The translations under genes and the position numbers were made by a program. A stretch of DNA of 64,000 bases from Macrostomum lignano (lineage: Eukaryota): contig NIVC01000056.1 of assembly GCA_002269645.1 (NCBI GenBank), positions 62,001 to 126,000 of the forward strand, written 5' to 3'. Each line of letters begins with the position of its first letter. Within the stretch, counting starts at the first letter, position 1. This document shows, piece by piece, positions 1 to 12,645 of the stretch. The notes under the pieces were generated by a model. That model saw nothing but the letters and a program-made list of their open reading frames with translations, searched no databases and was not told where the DNA came from.

Positions 1-195
1 TTATAAGCAGAGTGGCACTGGCATGATAACTGTCTTGTACGTTATTCAAAAAGCGTCGCGATAAATGGCATGCAATGTAGGGAGGGATGCAGGGAGTCAT
101 CCCGTCATTCGAAATCAGCTTTCTATTATTTCAAAAGTCGTTCCTAACTCTAAAACCAAGTTTCGTAGAGAATCAAAACAGCATAGTTATAGTTG

Positions 196-3100
196 TTAGG
201 CCAGCAAAAATGGCGGCACCGACTGGACCCGGCAGCCGCTATCGCAGCAATCCAATTCAAAACCGGCCGGCGCGCGCTCCCGAGACCAGGCGTCAACGCG
301 ACTAGCCAGGCGACACCTGGACACGCCCGGACAGTCCAACAGGCGCAGACAGCGCAGCCGGGGACACGCACCAACCAGAGCGGCAACGCAATCGTCAGTG
401 AGGTGAGCGCAGTCATGCAATTCCAGTTCAACCAGACCGGCCGGCAGGCTGGCGCAGGCAGCCGCCAGGCCACGGCCGGTGACATCAGCGCACGATTGCA
501 GACGAAGAGACGCCAGCGAGGGCGGACAGGCCGGCAGAATCTCTTCGGCTAGCAGAGCGTCAGTGAGGCTGGTGATGCACAAAGTCAACTGGCGGAGCCG
601 GCCAAGTTTAGGTAGCAAGCGGCTTAGTCCGTCCAGCGGCCGGCCAGCCCGTCCGGCCGGTCCGAACTCCTGGGCGAACAGGGACAGACAAGCCAGGCGA
701 TGACAGCCGGCCAGACAGGTGACCAACCGGTCGGCCGAGAAGGCCCCGTAGCTAAAGTGCAGGCAGAGTTCGGTGAGCTGCGGCAGCATGGCCAGGCCGG
801 ACAAGTCAGCTGACAAGTCGCCCAAGCGCGGCAGGTCGCGGGCGCACAGGCGGTGCAGGCGGGGACAGGCAGCCAGCAGGCTGGTGAGGCTGGGCTCGAA
901 CAAGTCGCGAAAGCTGATGGCCAGAGAGGCGAGCTGGGGCGGCGCGAACTCGGCCAGAGCGGCCAGATCCGCTTTGCTAGGCGCCCGGCCCCAGTCCAAG
1001 TCCAGGCGGTTCAGCTTGGGCGCCGCTCTGGCTATGGCCGGCGCCAGACCTGTGGCGCCGTTGATGGGGTGCCTGGCCCGAATTCCAAGCTCGCGTAGCG
1101 GTAGCCAAGCAAGCCGTGGCGCCGGGCGCGCCGGTCTGCCTGGCGCCATTTCCATGTCGACGTCAAATCCAACAGCGACAAATTGATGATTGTAATCGTC
1201 GCCAAAGTCGTTATTGAAGTCGTCTGCGTCGGCGCAGTCGGCCGAGTCGACGACGGCCGTCAGGCGAAGCGCGGCAAGGATGCCTTCGGCAGTGACGCTT
1301 GGCAGGCCGCTGAGTACCTGCGCGCGGGGTAAAAGATCTAATAATCATAACAATAATTGATTACACCTGCCCCAATTGGGCCAGATGTGCAACCGACAGC
1401 TCAGCCGCAGCAATTGCGCGGCGCACCTGAAGGCTGCGTACGGCTGTTGAGTCAAAGAGTCGCCACGCACACCCTTAATTACCCCAGCTAAGTGTTTTGC
1501 TCATGGACACAAATTGTTCCAATGGGATCGCAAATCGAACCCCCGACCTTCCAGTCGTGGGTCCGACGCTATAAGTCTAACAACTAGGCTACGTCAGCCG
1601 TTACAGAAATTCTAATTAGAAGGCGCACTCCTATAAATAGAAATCCTAAATAGAACTCCTATAATTTCGAGTGCGTGCTTTCACAGGTAAGATCAATCCT
1701 TACGGTTATTAGACACATAATTCGCCCCAAAACTACTATAAGTAGCAAATTGGAAAGCACAGATTTTATAACTTTTCCTTTCCTTAAAACTGACCTTAAA
1801 ATCTACTCATAGTAGTGCAGTTAAAATATCGAAAAGCCGCAGTAATCTTACCACCCGGGTCAGCTGGCCGGCCGGATATTCAGCTGGTCGCTCCGTTAGC
1901 CTGCGCAGGTCGATAGCGTCGGCGCGACCGGCCAGGGAGACGCCCTCCCATCCGGGACAGGCGGTAGCGCCCAGGAACAGGGTCTCCAGACAGGAGAACT
2001 GGCGAACAGTATCGGCTAAGCCAGTATCTGTGAGCAGCACCCGGCCGCCAATGCACAGGCAGCGCAGCTGGTCGCAGACGGCCAGTCTAGACAGGAAATC
2101 GTCGCCGAATTCCAGATCGCTCACCCGATCGTCGAAGTTTACCAGGAGGCGCATCAGACAGGGCGCCTGGCTCAGACTGTCAGCTAGGCGGTGCCAGCCC
2201 TGACCGATTGTTGAATATTGTCATCAATTATTAGGCTACCGATATGTGTAGAAATAATACATTTTACACAATTAACACAGGTACGTCTGATTGAAGTTAA
2301 TAGGGACAGGTGAAGGGAGAGTAGGAACAGGTGAAGGGAGAGTAGGGACAGATGAAGGGAGAGTAGGGACAGATGAAAGGAGAGTAGGGACAGATGAAGG
2401 GAGAGTAGGGACAGGTGAAGGGAGAGTAGGGACAGGTGAAGGGAGAGTAGGGACAGGTGAAGGGAGAGTAGGGACAGGTGAAGGGAGAGTAGGGACAGAT
2501 GAAGGGAGAGTAGGGACAGATGAAGGGAGAGTAGGGACAAATGAAGGAAGAGTAGGGACAGGTGAAGGGAGAGTAGGGACAGGTGAAGGGAGAGTAGGGA
2601 CAGGTGAAGGGAGAGTAGGGACAGGTGAAGGGAGAGTAGGAACAGGTGAAGGGAGAGTAGGGACAGATGAAGGGAGAGTAGGGACAGATGAAGGGAGAGT
2701 AGGGACAGATGAAGGGAGAGTAGGGACAGATGAAGGGAGAGTAGGGACAGGTGAAGGGAGAGTAGGGACAGATGAAGGGAGAGTAGGGACAGGTGAAGGG
2801 AGAGTAGGGACAGATGAAGGGAGAGTAGGGACAGGTGAAGGGAGAGTAGGGACAGATGAAGGGAGAGTAGGGACAGATGAAGGGAGAGTAGGGACAGGTG
2901 AAGGGAGAGTAGGGACAGGTGAAGGGAGAGTAGGGACAGGTGAGGGTAAGACGATGAATTTAGCCTGACCCATCGACGTAACCAGAAGCGAGACTTAACC
3001 CACAGACGAGTCAAAGTGGATACCTGACCGGAGTCCACAGGGAAAGACAGTCAGGTGCGGGGAAGAGCCCACCCAGCCACTCACCTGCAGTCCCACGAGC

Positions 3101-3369
3101 TCCAGGCTGACCAGCCGGCCGGAGGCCAGCAGCGCAGGCCACAGCGGCGTCTCCAGCCGGTGGCCGCTCAGTCTGACGCGGCGCCACAGGGCGACGCTGG
3201 AGGCGACGTTGTTCCACTGGCGGCACACCTGGCGACACCTGGCTAAGCTGGCCTGATCCAGATTGAGGAACACCCGGTGCAGCAGTTCCTCGGGAAGGAA
3301 GCGCAACTGGTGAGGAAAGTCGGGCGCGGAGCAGGGCATTGTGACGCAGGTCGCCACAACGGCGAGCAT
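196..3369 (-). CDS. F-box / leucine-rich-repeat protein, 3 exons (3369-3085, 2199-1852, 1317-196; about 584 aa)
   Basis: Exon 1 encodes an F-box motif (LPEELLHRVFLNLDQASLARCRQVCRQW). The later exons are Leu/Cys-rich LRRs (LQSCADVTGRGL, LHDCAHLTDDCV). Splice sites are canonical: CAG|GTGAGT at 3085/3084, CAG| at 2200, GTG|GTAAGA at 1852/1851, CAG| at 1318. All junctions are phase 0 and join the track ORFs 2995-3369, 1807-2154 and 196-1155. Confidence 0.88.
1350..1595 (-). mobile_element. tRNA-derived SINE (CORE-like body) in F-box intron 2
   Basis: The minus strand reads TAGCCTAGTTGTTAG (A-box-like) ... GGGGGTTCGATT (B-box-like), then GTGTCCATGAGCAAAACACTTAGC, which resembles the CORE-SINE central motif. 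Boundaries are approximate. Confidence 0.55.
2300..2946. repeat. 21-bp minisatellite (GTAGGGACAGRTGAAGGGAGA)n, about 30 copies, in F-box intron 1
   Basis: Direct tandem periodicity. It explains the spurious GTGEGRV / LSLLSLH / PSPVPTL ORFs. Confidence 0.95.
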
Positions 3370-3880
3370 TTCTTGATTTTGGAGCCTTTTGAGTTGCTTT
3401 GAACTTACTTTATCAGCATGAAAATGTTTATGTCAAATTTTATTTATCATTAATTGAAACTCAAATGCACGCGCGACTCTCTACTGTTAGTAGATAAAAA
3501 TAGCTGCTGAAAAGGAAAAAAGCAGAGTAGTGTCAAATATTACGGGGCTTCCGCAAGCAATGATCAAAGACCCCAAAATTTTATTAACACAAATTTCCGA
3601 GTTTCATAATTATTGTCATTATAAAGTAAAGTAGATTTTTTAGGGCGATAAGTACTTAAAAATGCACATTTTTCAACCAATTTGGGTGGTAAAATCGGGG
3701 AACAGGAAGATTCGTGGCTCAGATTTGGACAAGGACAACATAAAAAACTGCGCGATTAATTGCAAATGCATGCAAATAACAATGAAACAATGTTAATTGC
3801 CGTTTGAACAGACAATAAAACAATACAATTCTTAAATGCCTAACTTCCAATATACTAAAAATTAGAGTCTAAAAACCAAA

Positions 3881-4110
3881 CCAATTAGGGAGTGGGGTGG
3901 TGGGTGCTGAAATGAACAGCTCCTCTCACTCAGACTGACCAATTAGGGAGTGGGGTGGTGGGTGCTGAAATGAACAGCTCCTCTCACTCAGACTGACCAA
4001 ATAGGGAGTGGGGTGGTGGGTGCTGAAATTAACAGCTCCTCTCACCCAGACTGACCAATTAGGGAGTGGGGTGGTGGGTGCTGAAATTAACAGCTCCTCT
4101 CACCCCAGAC
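3881..4110. repeat. 58-bp tandem repeat, 4 copies
   Basis: Units start at 3881, 3939, 3997 and 4055 (CCAATTAGGGAGTGGGGTGGTGGGTGCTGAAAT...CAGACTGA). Confidence 0.93.
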
Positions 4111-4302
4111 CGACTAATTGTTGTTGTAACAACCGACTAATTAGGGAGCGGATAATGAAACTATTCATACCAAATCCCTCAATTGATAGTTAAAGTCATT
4201 GTCTTATTAAAATTTTAACAAATTACGTGAGCAAAAAATAAAATCTCGATTAAAACGAGCGAATAATTCGGTCAAAAAGCCTCCGCAACAGATCCTACGC
4301 TA

Positions 4303-5166
4303 CTACCAATAGAGCGAAGTGTGCAAAAAGTCTGCAGCCCTGGCGAACCAGCTGGCCCGTCGTCTGGCGTCGCCCGGACTCGGCAGTTTCGGCGCGCGTT
4401 CGGACGCGGAATCATCCGGTGAATTGACGAGTAGCTGCGAGTCGTTCAACAAGTAGGCCGGACCGGCAGCTCGCTGCTGCTGCGGCTGCGGCACCTCGCA
4501 CAGGGTCTCGGTGATGCCGCCTGCAGAATCGTCGTCGTTGTTACCAAATGGTCGCTGGCGCCGGCGGACTACAAGGCGGACAGACAGATGCGGACAGGCC
4601 ACGGTCAGGGCCTCGGCAACGGTTGCTAGAGCGAGGCTACGGTGAAGGCGAAGAAAAACTCGACAGCAGGGTAGGCTGAATGTGACGCTGATAACGCCGC
4701 GAATGGAGACAAGGGCACGCCTGCGGGGAGGGACATTGGAGTGCAGAGCAGGTGCTTTGACGCTTGGCAAGTGCATAATGGTCGGAGCGAACAATTGGTA
4801 GCGTTACTAACTTCGCTTGGCATGGAAGAACTCTAGGCCATTTTTTCAAAAATTTACGTGAAAAACGCTAATGAAAATAAAAGATACGATTGAAATGACG
4901 AGATACACTAACTTGAACGCTTGATGTTGAGCATGCTGTGTGAATAGGTAGGAAAATAAGAAATCAAAGACCATAAGTACGATGGAGTGTTGGGAGCTTA
5001 GAGTAAAAAAAGATAGATATTAAGAAAAACAGATGAACAAACAGACAGGCGTAAACAGACTGTCTATCTATATGTCTATATATATAGACAGATAGATAGA
5101 CAGACACAGTAACACAGACAGACAGAGACAGACAGACAGACAGACAGATATATGGACAGATATATG

Positions 5167-5200
<34 letters not shown>

Positions 5201-5240
5201 GACAGACAGACAGACAGACAGATATATGGACAGATATATG

Positions 5241-5274
<34 letters not shown>

Positions 5275-5440
5275 GACAGACAGATAGATATATGGACAGA
5301 CAGACACAGACAGACAGACAGACAGACAGACAGAGACAGAGACAGACAGATAGATATATGGACAGACAGACAGACAGACAGACAGATAGATATATGGACA
5401 TACAGACAGACAGACAGACAGACAGACAGATAGATATATG

Positions 5441-5478
<38 letters not shown>

Positions 5479-6620
5479 GACAGATAGATATATGGACTGA
5501 CAGACAGACAGACATCCCTAAGCCCCACCTGCAGGCTTCAACATCCGCATCAGGGTCCATCCCGTCCAGCTGCAGCACCGCCAGTCGCGAGTTCAGGCCG
5601 GGCCCGCCGGCGGCAGCTACGGACGTCTTTGGCCGGCGCAGGCATTGGCAGAGCCGCTGGGCCTGCTTGGCCAGGTAGGCATCGCTGGAGTGCCTGGCCT
5701 TGGCCAGCAGCTCCCGCGCCTGCGACTCGACGCCCGGACAGGCACGCAGCAGCGGCCGACAGGAGTCGTCCCGGCCGAGCGTCAGCAGGATGTCCATCGC
5801 CGCGGTGGCTATGTCGCGATGCTCGTTGCTAAGCAACAGTACTAATCCGCCTAGGAGGCTGGCGTCCTTAGCAACGGACTGGCGCGTCTCCGGCCGGTCG
5901 GCCAGCGACTTTAGCGAGCCGAGAGCGCTCGCGTCCTGCAGGATGGTCAGCAGACCGTGTGTCAGAGTCAGTCAGACCCAGTGGGCCTTGTGTAGGGTCA
6001 ATGTGTCACGTGTCAGAGGATTATACCAGCGGAGTAGTGGAATATGCCAGGGAGTGTAGAATATGTGAGCGGTTAGGATCGGGTGATAGTGTGGGTGATG
6101 TGTCCAAGGATCGGGTGATAGTGTGGGTGATTTGTCCAAGGATCGGGTGATAGTGTGGGTGATGTGTCCAAGGATCGGGTGATAGTGTGGGTGATGTGTC
6201 CAAGGATCGGGTGATATTGTGGGTGATGTGTCCAAGGATCGGGTGATATTGTGGGTGATGTGTCCAAGGATCGAGTGATATTGTGGGTGATGTGTCCAAG
6301 GATCGGGTGATATTGTGGGTGATGTGTCCAAGGATCGAGTGATATTGTGGGTGATGTGTCCAAGGATCGGGTGATATTGTGGGTGATGTGTCCAAGGATC
6401 GGGTGATATTGTGGGTGATGTGTCCAAGGATCGGGTGATATTGTGGGTGATGTGTCCAAGGATCGGGTGATATTGTGGGTGATGTGTCCAAGGATCGGGT
6501 GATACTGTGGGTGATGTGTCCAAGGATCGGGTGATACTGTGGGTGATGTGTCCAAGGATCGAATGTGTAATGATCAAGAGTCAAGGAATCTATTGCTTTA
6601 ATTAAGGTACTTACTAACAT
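4303..6620 (-). CDS. ARMC1: Armadillo repeat-containing protein 1 homologue, 3 coding exons (6620-6615, 5935-5529, 4720-4303)
   Basis: The spliced product reads MLDASALGSLKSLADRPETRQSVAKDASLLGGLVLLLSN...VLQLDGMD...CRRALVSIRGVISVTF...SWFARAADFLHTSLYW. This matches the ARMC1 pattern recalled from the family: N-terminal ARM repeat, HMA-like GVISFTF segment, C-terminal SW..A.FL..S.YW. Junctions are GT-AG and in frame (phase 0, then phase 2). The 6-nt first exon is inferred. Confidence 0.85.
5060..5515. repeat. (GACA)n / GATA compound microsatellite in ARMC1 intron 2
   Basis: Direct observation. It generates the spurious TDRQ / SVCL ORFs. Confidence 0.96.
6076..6562. repeat. 32-bp minisatellite (GGATCGGGTGATATTGTGGGTGATGTGTCCAA)n, about 15 copies, in ARMC1 intron 1
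   Basis: Units start at 6076, 6108 and so on. They are near-identical and have no unique spacers. Confidence 0.95.
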
Positions 6621-7081
6621 CTAGCAGAATAAATTAAAACCGAAAACAATTGTTAAAAGTGGAATTCTTTAAAAAACTGTTTATTTAATTTGAGCCTATA
6701 TAAAAATCAGTGACAATTGCTTCATATTGGGACACACATTTCAACCCACTCAAGACGCAAAAGCGTGGACACTGCAGCTGAAAATTCCTGTACTGAAGTA
6801 AAAATGTGAGACATACATGGAAGAAGGGTTGAAAATTTTAACAAAATAATAATCAGCAAAGGGTAGCAAATATATATGTAAGCAAGTGGAATCAGTTATT
6901 GAATGAATTAGTGCAACTCACAGCATGGTAGAATATAATTAGTTGTGCATAGTAAAAATGTTTAAGTACATCAGGTTAAAGTCTGTATCTATAAAAAGTA
7001 TAAGATGTTACTAGCCGACCCTTGGGTATGTGGATTAGTGAGTGATAAGAACTGCAGCATGTCGAGAGTTACCAGGCCGAA

Positions 7082-7288
7082 TTACAAAAGCTCGCAGGAC
7101 TTCTTGGGATTAAACGGATTATCCTTGACGGGGTTGAGCAGCGGATCCTCCTGGACGTGGCTGTTGATGTATTGGATAATCTCTGAGATGGTGGTGGAAG
7201 TTTTGAGTCGCTGAAAGTAGCACTGCCTGCTCAAGTCTTCCAGTTCGTGCTTTAGGCGAGCAACCTGCTCCTCGCGGTGGCTTGACAT
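7082..7288 (-). CDS. Heterotrimeric G-protein gamma subunit (68 aa, intronless CDS)
   Basis: MSSHREEQVARLKHELEDLSRQCYFQRLKTSTTISEIIQYINSHVQEDPLLNPVKDNPFNPKKSCELL* shows the GGL-domain motifs (R.K.S, DPLL, NPF) and a C-terminal CAAX box (CELL). The start is taken at the ATG at 7288, not the longer track ORF. Confidence 0.93.
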   Translation of the reverse strand: MSSHREEQVARLKHELEDLSRQCYFQRLKTSTTISEIIQYINSHVQEDPLLNPVKDNPFNPKKSCELL

Positions 7289-7837
7289 TGCTGCTTTGCT
7301 TGAGCTTTGAGCTTTTGCCTCTGCTTTAAGTTTTTTAATCAGTTTGAGAAGCTTTTTAATTAGTTTGAAGAGCACAGATCTAAAAAATTGCATTGCATTT
7401 TGGTTGGCCAAAATTTCAATGCTTGAAATGCAACATGCAGAACAATATAAAAGTGCACACAAGACTCAAGTGTAAAAATCCCTAACTAGCCTTAATTTGT
7501 CAAAACAATAAAATCACAAATCTGTCTTGACAGAATTACAAATATATTTTTCAAGCTTCCCAAGCAGATTTTGTATTATTATAAATTATCATATATTAGA
7601 ACATAATATATGTTTAGTAACTAATAGACCTATAGTTCAACTTATACATTTAGATTTAAATATTTCAAAATATAAATCTTGAAAATTCATATACTTATTT
7701 ATTGATCAATACTACTATGTCTGAAACCATGATACTTATAAAGCATAATATTTGCAAACCAAGTTAAAGTTCCAAGAGACTATATGACAGAGCATCCTGA
7801 ATTTTACCTAGCCAGTAGGAGTTTTTTCAGTAGGGAG

Positions 7838-8132
7838 CATACATGCCCAGCCTTAAAATTTCACCTGTCTGGTGTGACTTAGTTTTGTCCAGATTTGCAA
7901 CTTAGTTCCTCTCGATTGCAACTTAATTTTCACTTTGTATGACTTTTCTTGCCTTTTTCTCTTTCTCTCTCTCCTCTTTCCCCTTTCTCTTTTCTCCCTC
8001 CTTTCTTTTCTTTTCCCTTCCTCTATTTTTTCTTCCCCCAATTTTTCAATTTTTTTCATTTTCAATTTTGTAACTTACCTTGGCTGGTAGCCATTTCACC
8101 TGTTTAGTTCAGATGGGTGTTGGACATGTATG
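7838..8132. mobile_element. hAT-type MITE family B, copy 1
   Basis: TIRs CATACATGCCCAGC / GTTGGACATGTATG. 8-bp TSD GTAGGGAG / GTAAGGAG (1 mismatch). Confidence 0.8.
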
Positions 8133-8487
8133 GTAAGGAGTTAGTAGGATTCTCTCTATCCCCCTTATTCATTTATTATGGAATTGTCTCTCTTTGATAT
8201 TATGCTACTATGTATAATGTATTCATACTGTACACTTTTGTATAATGCTAAGTAAATTTCCATCAATCTGAAGATGCCTAAAGTTGGCAAAATATGTTGT
8301 TTGAATGAAAAATGCTTGCGATTTCCTTCCTTCTAATAATTCTAAATAAGCTACTTGCCAGACATGGTGTTACTTTCCTTAGAGCATTGTACATATATAT
8401 ATATGCTTTCTTCTCTTTTTCTTTTTATTGCCATAGGTGCTATTATGCACTTTGAATAGCCCATTAACTGTTAATCTAATGTTTATT

Positions 8488-8775
8488 CATACATGCGCAA
8501 CCTCCAAAATTTAGTTGGCCATGTGACTTAGTTTAGACAATAAATGTGACATAGTTTTTGGCCAAAAATGTGACTTACATATAAAAGAAACCCTAAAGCA
8601 AAATTAATGCAACTTTGGGTAAACAGCAGGAATAACTATGACTGTCTTATTAAGGCAAAATGCCTCATTATCTACTTGGGTATTTATTTGGGCGGGCATT
8701 TTTGTGACTTACCTTGGTTGGCCACCAAATGAGTTGGCCGGATCAGCCAACTCAGCCAACTGTTGCACATGTACA
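8488..8775. mobile_element. hAT-type MITE family A, degenerate copy
   Basis: Same internal sequence as the copies at 9611, 12646 and 14265. The left TIR CATACATGCGCAAC is intact; the right end is decayed and no TSD was recovered. Confidence 0.75.
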
Positions 8776-9265
8776 AGCCATATGTGTATATTGCAAATTT
8801 TATTGATCTTTTTTTTATTTACAAATCTATAAAAAATAAATAAAGAAAAAGAATGAATTTTGATAAGGGACTAAGTTGCCTTTTGCATCTCTTGCATAAT
8901 AAATTTGAGCATATATGCATGACCAAAATGGTGACAACAATTTCCAACTTGATTGAAACCAAATTTTAAGAGCTATTTGTGACAATGAAAGTGTTAGTTA
9001 AGCTGCAAAACTTTTATGTCATTGACTCACTGAATTATTAGGCTTTCCTTTTGAAGCTTGAGCATATAGTAATCAGAATGCTTCTTGTCCTTTGCATGAT
9101 TTTCTTCTAAGCCTACTTACTATTTCAAAGCTAGCTAAGCTATAACAATGTAGGATTTTAGATAATACAATGCAATTCACAACACTTTGGTATTTATATG
9201 CTAAATTATATATAATAGAACCTTTGAAGATAGGTCATAATTTTTAAATCAGTACAATGTATACT

Positions 9266-9572
9266 CATATATGCCCAGCCTCAAAATTTCACCTATCCAG
9301 TACAACTTAGTTTTGTCCAGATTTGTGACTTAGTTCCTCCCAATTGTGACTTAGTTCCCCCAATTGCAACTTAATTTTTACTTTGAATATGATTTTTCTT
9401 GTCTTTTTCTCTTTCTCTCTCTTCTTCCCCTCTCTTTTCTCTCTCCTTTCTTTTCCTTTTCTTTTCCTTTTTTCTTCCTCCAATTTTTTGTTTTTGCATA
9501 TTCAATTTTGTGACTTGCTTTAGCCAGTGGCCATTTCACCTGTCCAGTTTGAATGGGTGTTGGCCATGTATG
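9266..9572. mobile_element. hAT-type MITE family B, copy 2
   Basis: Homologous to 7838-8132. Perfect 8-bp TSD TGTATACT (9258-9265 / 9573-9580). Confidence 0.85.
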
Positions 9573-9610
9573 TGTATACTAGTATCAATCAATCTAAGTA
9601 CATATGACTT

Positions 9611-9922
9611 CATACATGCAAAACCTCCAAAATTCGGTTGGCTGTGCGACTTAGTTTTAACAAAAATATGACATAGTTTTTGGCCAGAAATGCGACTTAC
9701 ATGTAAAAGAAGCCCTAAAGCAAAATTAATGCAACTCTGGGTAAATAGCAGGAGTAACTTGACTGTCTTATTAAGGCAAAATGCCTCGTCATCTACTTAG
9801 TACTACTTTAGTATTTATTCAGGTGGGCATTTTTGCAGCTTACCTTGGTTGGCCACCAAATTGGTTGACTGCCAAATTGGTTGGCCAGATCGGCCAACTT
9901 GGCTGACTGCTGCGCATGTATG
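9611..9922. mobile_element. hAT-type MITE family A
   Basis: TIR CATACATGC...GCATGTATG. Perfect 8-bp TSD TATGACTT (9603-9610 / 9923-9930). Confidence 0.88.
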
Positions 9923-12645
9923 TATGACTTGGCCAAGAAGTGTAAAAATGCAACATATTTTTGTTAAAATTAATTGTTATTTGTTAATGATATTTTAAAA
10001 TCAAAATTGCATTGGATTAAAATTATATTTAGTAATACTTTGAATCTTTATTACTTTATTAATATTATAAATAAAAATAATTAAACACTATATGTACCTC
10101 AAAAGCATACTTTATTTTCAAACTCTAGTATCAATACAAACTGAAAGATTAAACTAGTTTACTATAATGGTCCTATATGTTGCATGTATATTGTGCACAT
10201 TTTATCATGGAGATCTAAAAAATAAGTAGGCCTATATAAAAATCATTGGGAGGGCTCCTTTACTAAGACAAAAACTTAATATTTAGAGTGTTAAGTGCTA
10301 CAAATGCTATATCTATCTAGCATTATAGGCTAAACCTAAAAATTTCATTACAGATAAAATGACCAAATTGGCAGACAAAATGACTTTCTATAAATATTAG
10401 TAAACAAAAAGGTGGCAGACAAAATATAACAGATGATGCAAATACAGTGCTCTTCATATGTATAGTGCTTTTTATGCTCTTCATATATATAGTGCTCTTG
10501 TTCTAATCTAAGATATCTCAATCATAATGTTTACAAGTTTATTATAATAATTAAATTTTACCTTCAAAGTTAAACTTATCTAGCTGTTTATTAGATAATA
10601 TAAATACCTAATGTATATAAGTCCTATAACTGTCCTATCCTATAATTATAAATATAAAGCTATTAAGCAAAATTAATAGGTAAGATTCTTTTTCTTTCTA
10701 ACAATATTTTTTTAAATCAAAGAACAAAAAAATTCTTAATTGCATTGCAACAACTTCAATCTATGTATTTGCCATGCTAAAAATATAAAGGAAAATGCAA
10801 CACATAAATTTAAGTTTGGCTATCTTGCAGCCTGATTGCAGCGCATGGGCATTTTGGCGGACGGCGTCCGGCGCGGATCTAATACGGCGCGGCGCGGCGC
10901 GTACGGCGCGCGGCGATTAGTACGGCGCGGCGCGGTACTAATTAGATGCCGAGGCATTTAGGCTTGATAAGACAGTCATAGTTACTCCTGCCGTTTACCC
11001 AAAACTGCGTTAATTTTGCTTTAGAGTTTCTTTCATAGGTAAGTCATTTCACAGCGTGGCGCAGGTTGTGTAGGCGTCTGGCGTACTTAAGCCATGCGCT
11101 GCAATAGGGTCTTGCAGAATAATTTGATAAACTCACTATATGCACATTTTTATAGCTATTGAGATGAAACTTTCCAAAATGAATAAATTTTCATTATGCC
11201 AACATTTAAGAAATGTTTTAGCATTAAAATTCCATTTAAATTAAATTTAAATTTAATCATTAATTGAGGTGGCATAATCATGTTGGGGTAAAAGGTCATC
11301 CACTAGCCATTTTTAAATGGAAAGTACTTTATTTGCAATATTTGTAGCTAAGTAGCAAAATATTTCTGACCCTAAATCCCTTTCTTTAAAGCCCTAGAGT
11401 TTGTTACTAATTTTGGCCATAGACACATTTTTTGCCAAGGATATCAATGCACAAATTCAAAGTTGCATAGTTGTTAATAGTTGTTAAGTTTTGGAAAAAC
11501 ATGGAATTTGCAATAAAAGTTAAGTTGCAACCCTCACAATAGAATTTTAATGCCAACACTTAAAATGCTGGCATAATAAAAATATTCATTTTCAGAAAGT
11601 TTCATGTTAATAGCTAAAAAATGTACATACAGTGAGTTTAACAAATGATTCTGCAGGATAGAGCCCAATGTTTGGATAGTGCAACATGGTATATTGGAAA
11701 AAATGCCCTTTTTGTTATAATACATTAATAGTATGCTACATTTTGAGAGTTGCAACAATAAAGGACCTTTTTTGCAGCTGCAACAATAAAAGGCCTTTTT
11801 GCAGTTACAACAATAAAGAAACAAGTGAAACAATTGAAAAATGCAATTGAAGAAATATATTTTTAATTTCTAATATTTTTATATTTTTAATTTTTTTATA
11901 ACATGCCTTACAAAAAGCAAGAATATAATGACCAACAAATTTTAAAAAGTTTAAAGAAGTTTTTGTTTTTATTCAGAAAAGTTTCATTAGTACTATATAT
12001 AAAATTGATTTCTTTAAAACTCTCATACACGCGCAACCTTGGGATTCACTTGGCCATTTCTATTGGCAACATGCACATATAAGTCGCTATTGGCTGAGAG
12101 TAGTCACGTGACTACTATTCTGTCCAATAGCAACTTACCTGTGTGTGTTGCCAATAGAAATGGCCAAGTGAATCTCAAGGTTGCACCCAAGCATGAAAAC
12201 TTTTATTATTTATTATTAGGCAGCTAGACATTTGTGTTTTCAATGGTTCATTTGCCCTGAAGATGTCTGCTCTAGACGAAACCTGTCGGCAGTTTGAATA
12301 GATGAAATGTTTGTTTTGACATTTGCTCTTTTGCTAATTTTAAAGCGAGCTAAATTACCACACTTTTATTATTGTTGAACTTGAAATATACATATAGTTT
12401 TAAAAACAAATTATTGCTATTTATGTGCCAAAAATTTCCTGAGCTCAAAGTGGTATGCCAAAATGGTATACCAAAATAGCCAAACTCTCCAATGGTATAC
12501 TAGAAAATTCTGGTATACATGTAACCTTCAAGAGTCTAAGATAGGGCCTAGCCCAATTCTATTTAATTTAACAAATTTTTTGTATTGTAGATAAAAATTT
12601 GCAAAATGTAACAATATTGAAAGTAACAATTGTTTTGGGCCTAGC

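Noticed and set aside
1535-1595. A functional tRNA gene
   Set aside because: A/B-box-like motifs are present but no complete cloverleaf, and it continues into a SINE-like body.
2184-3038. Long ORFs (LSLLSLH, PSPVPTL, GTGEGRV repeats) as proteins
   Set aside because: They are translations of a 21-bp minisatellite inside a well-supported intron.
6076-6562. 32-bp repeat array as a CRISPR array
   Set aside because: The units are contiguous with no unique spacers, there are no cas genes, and the array lies in a eukaryotic intron.
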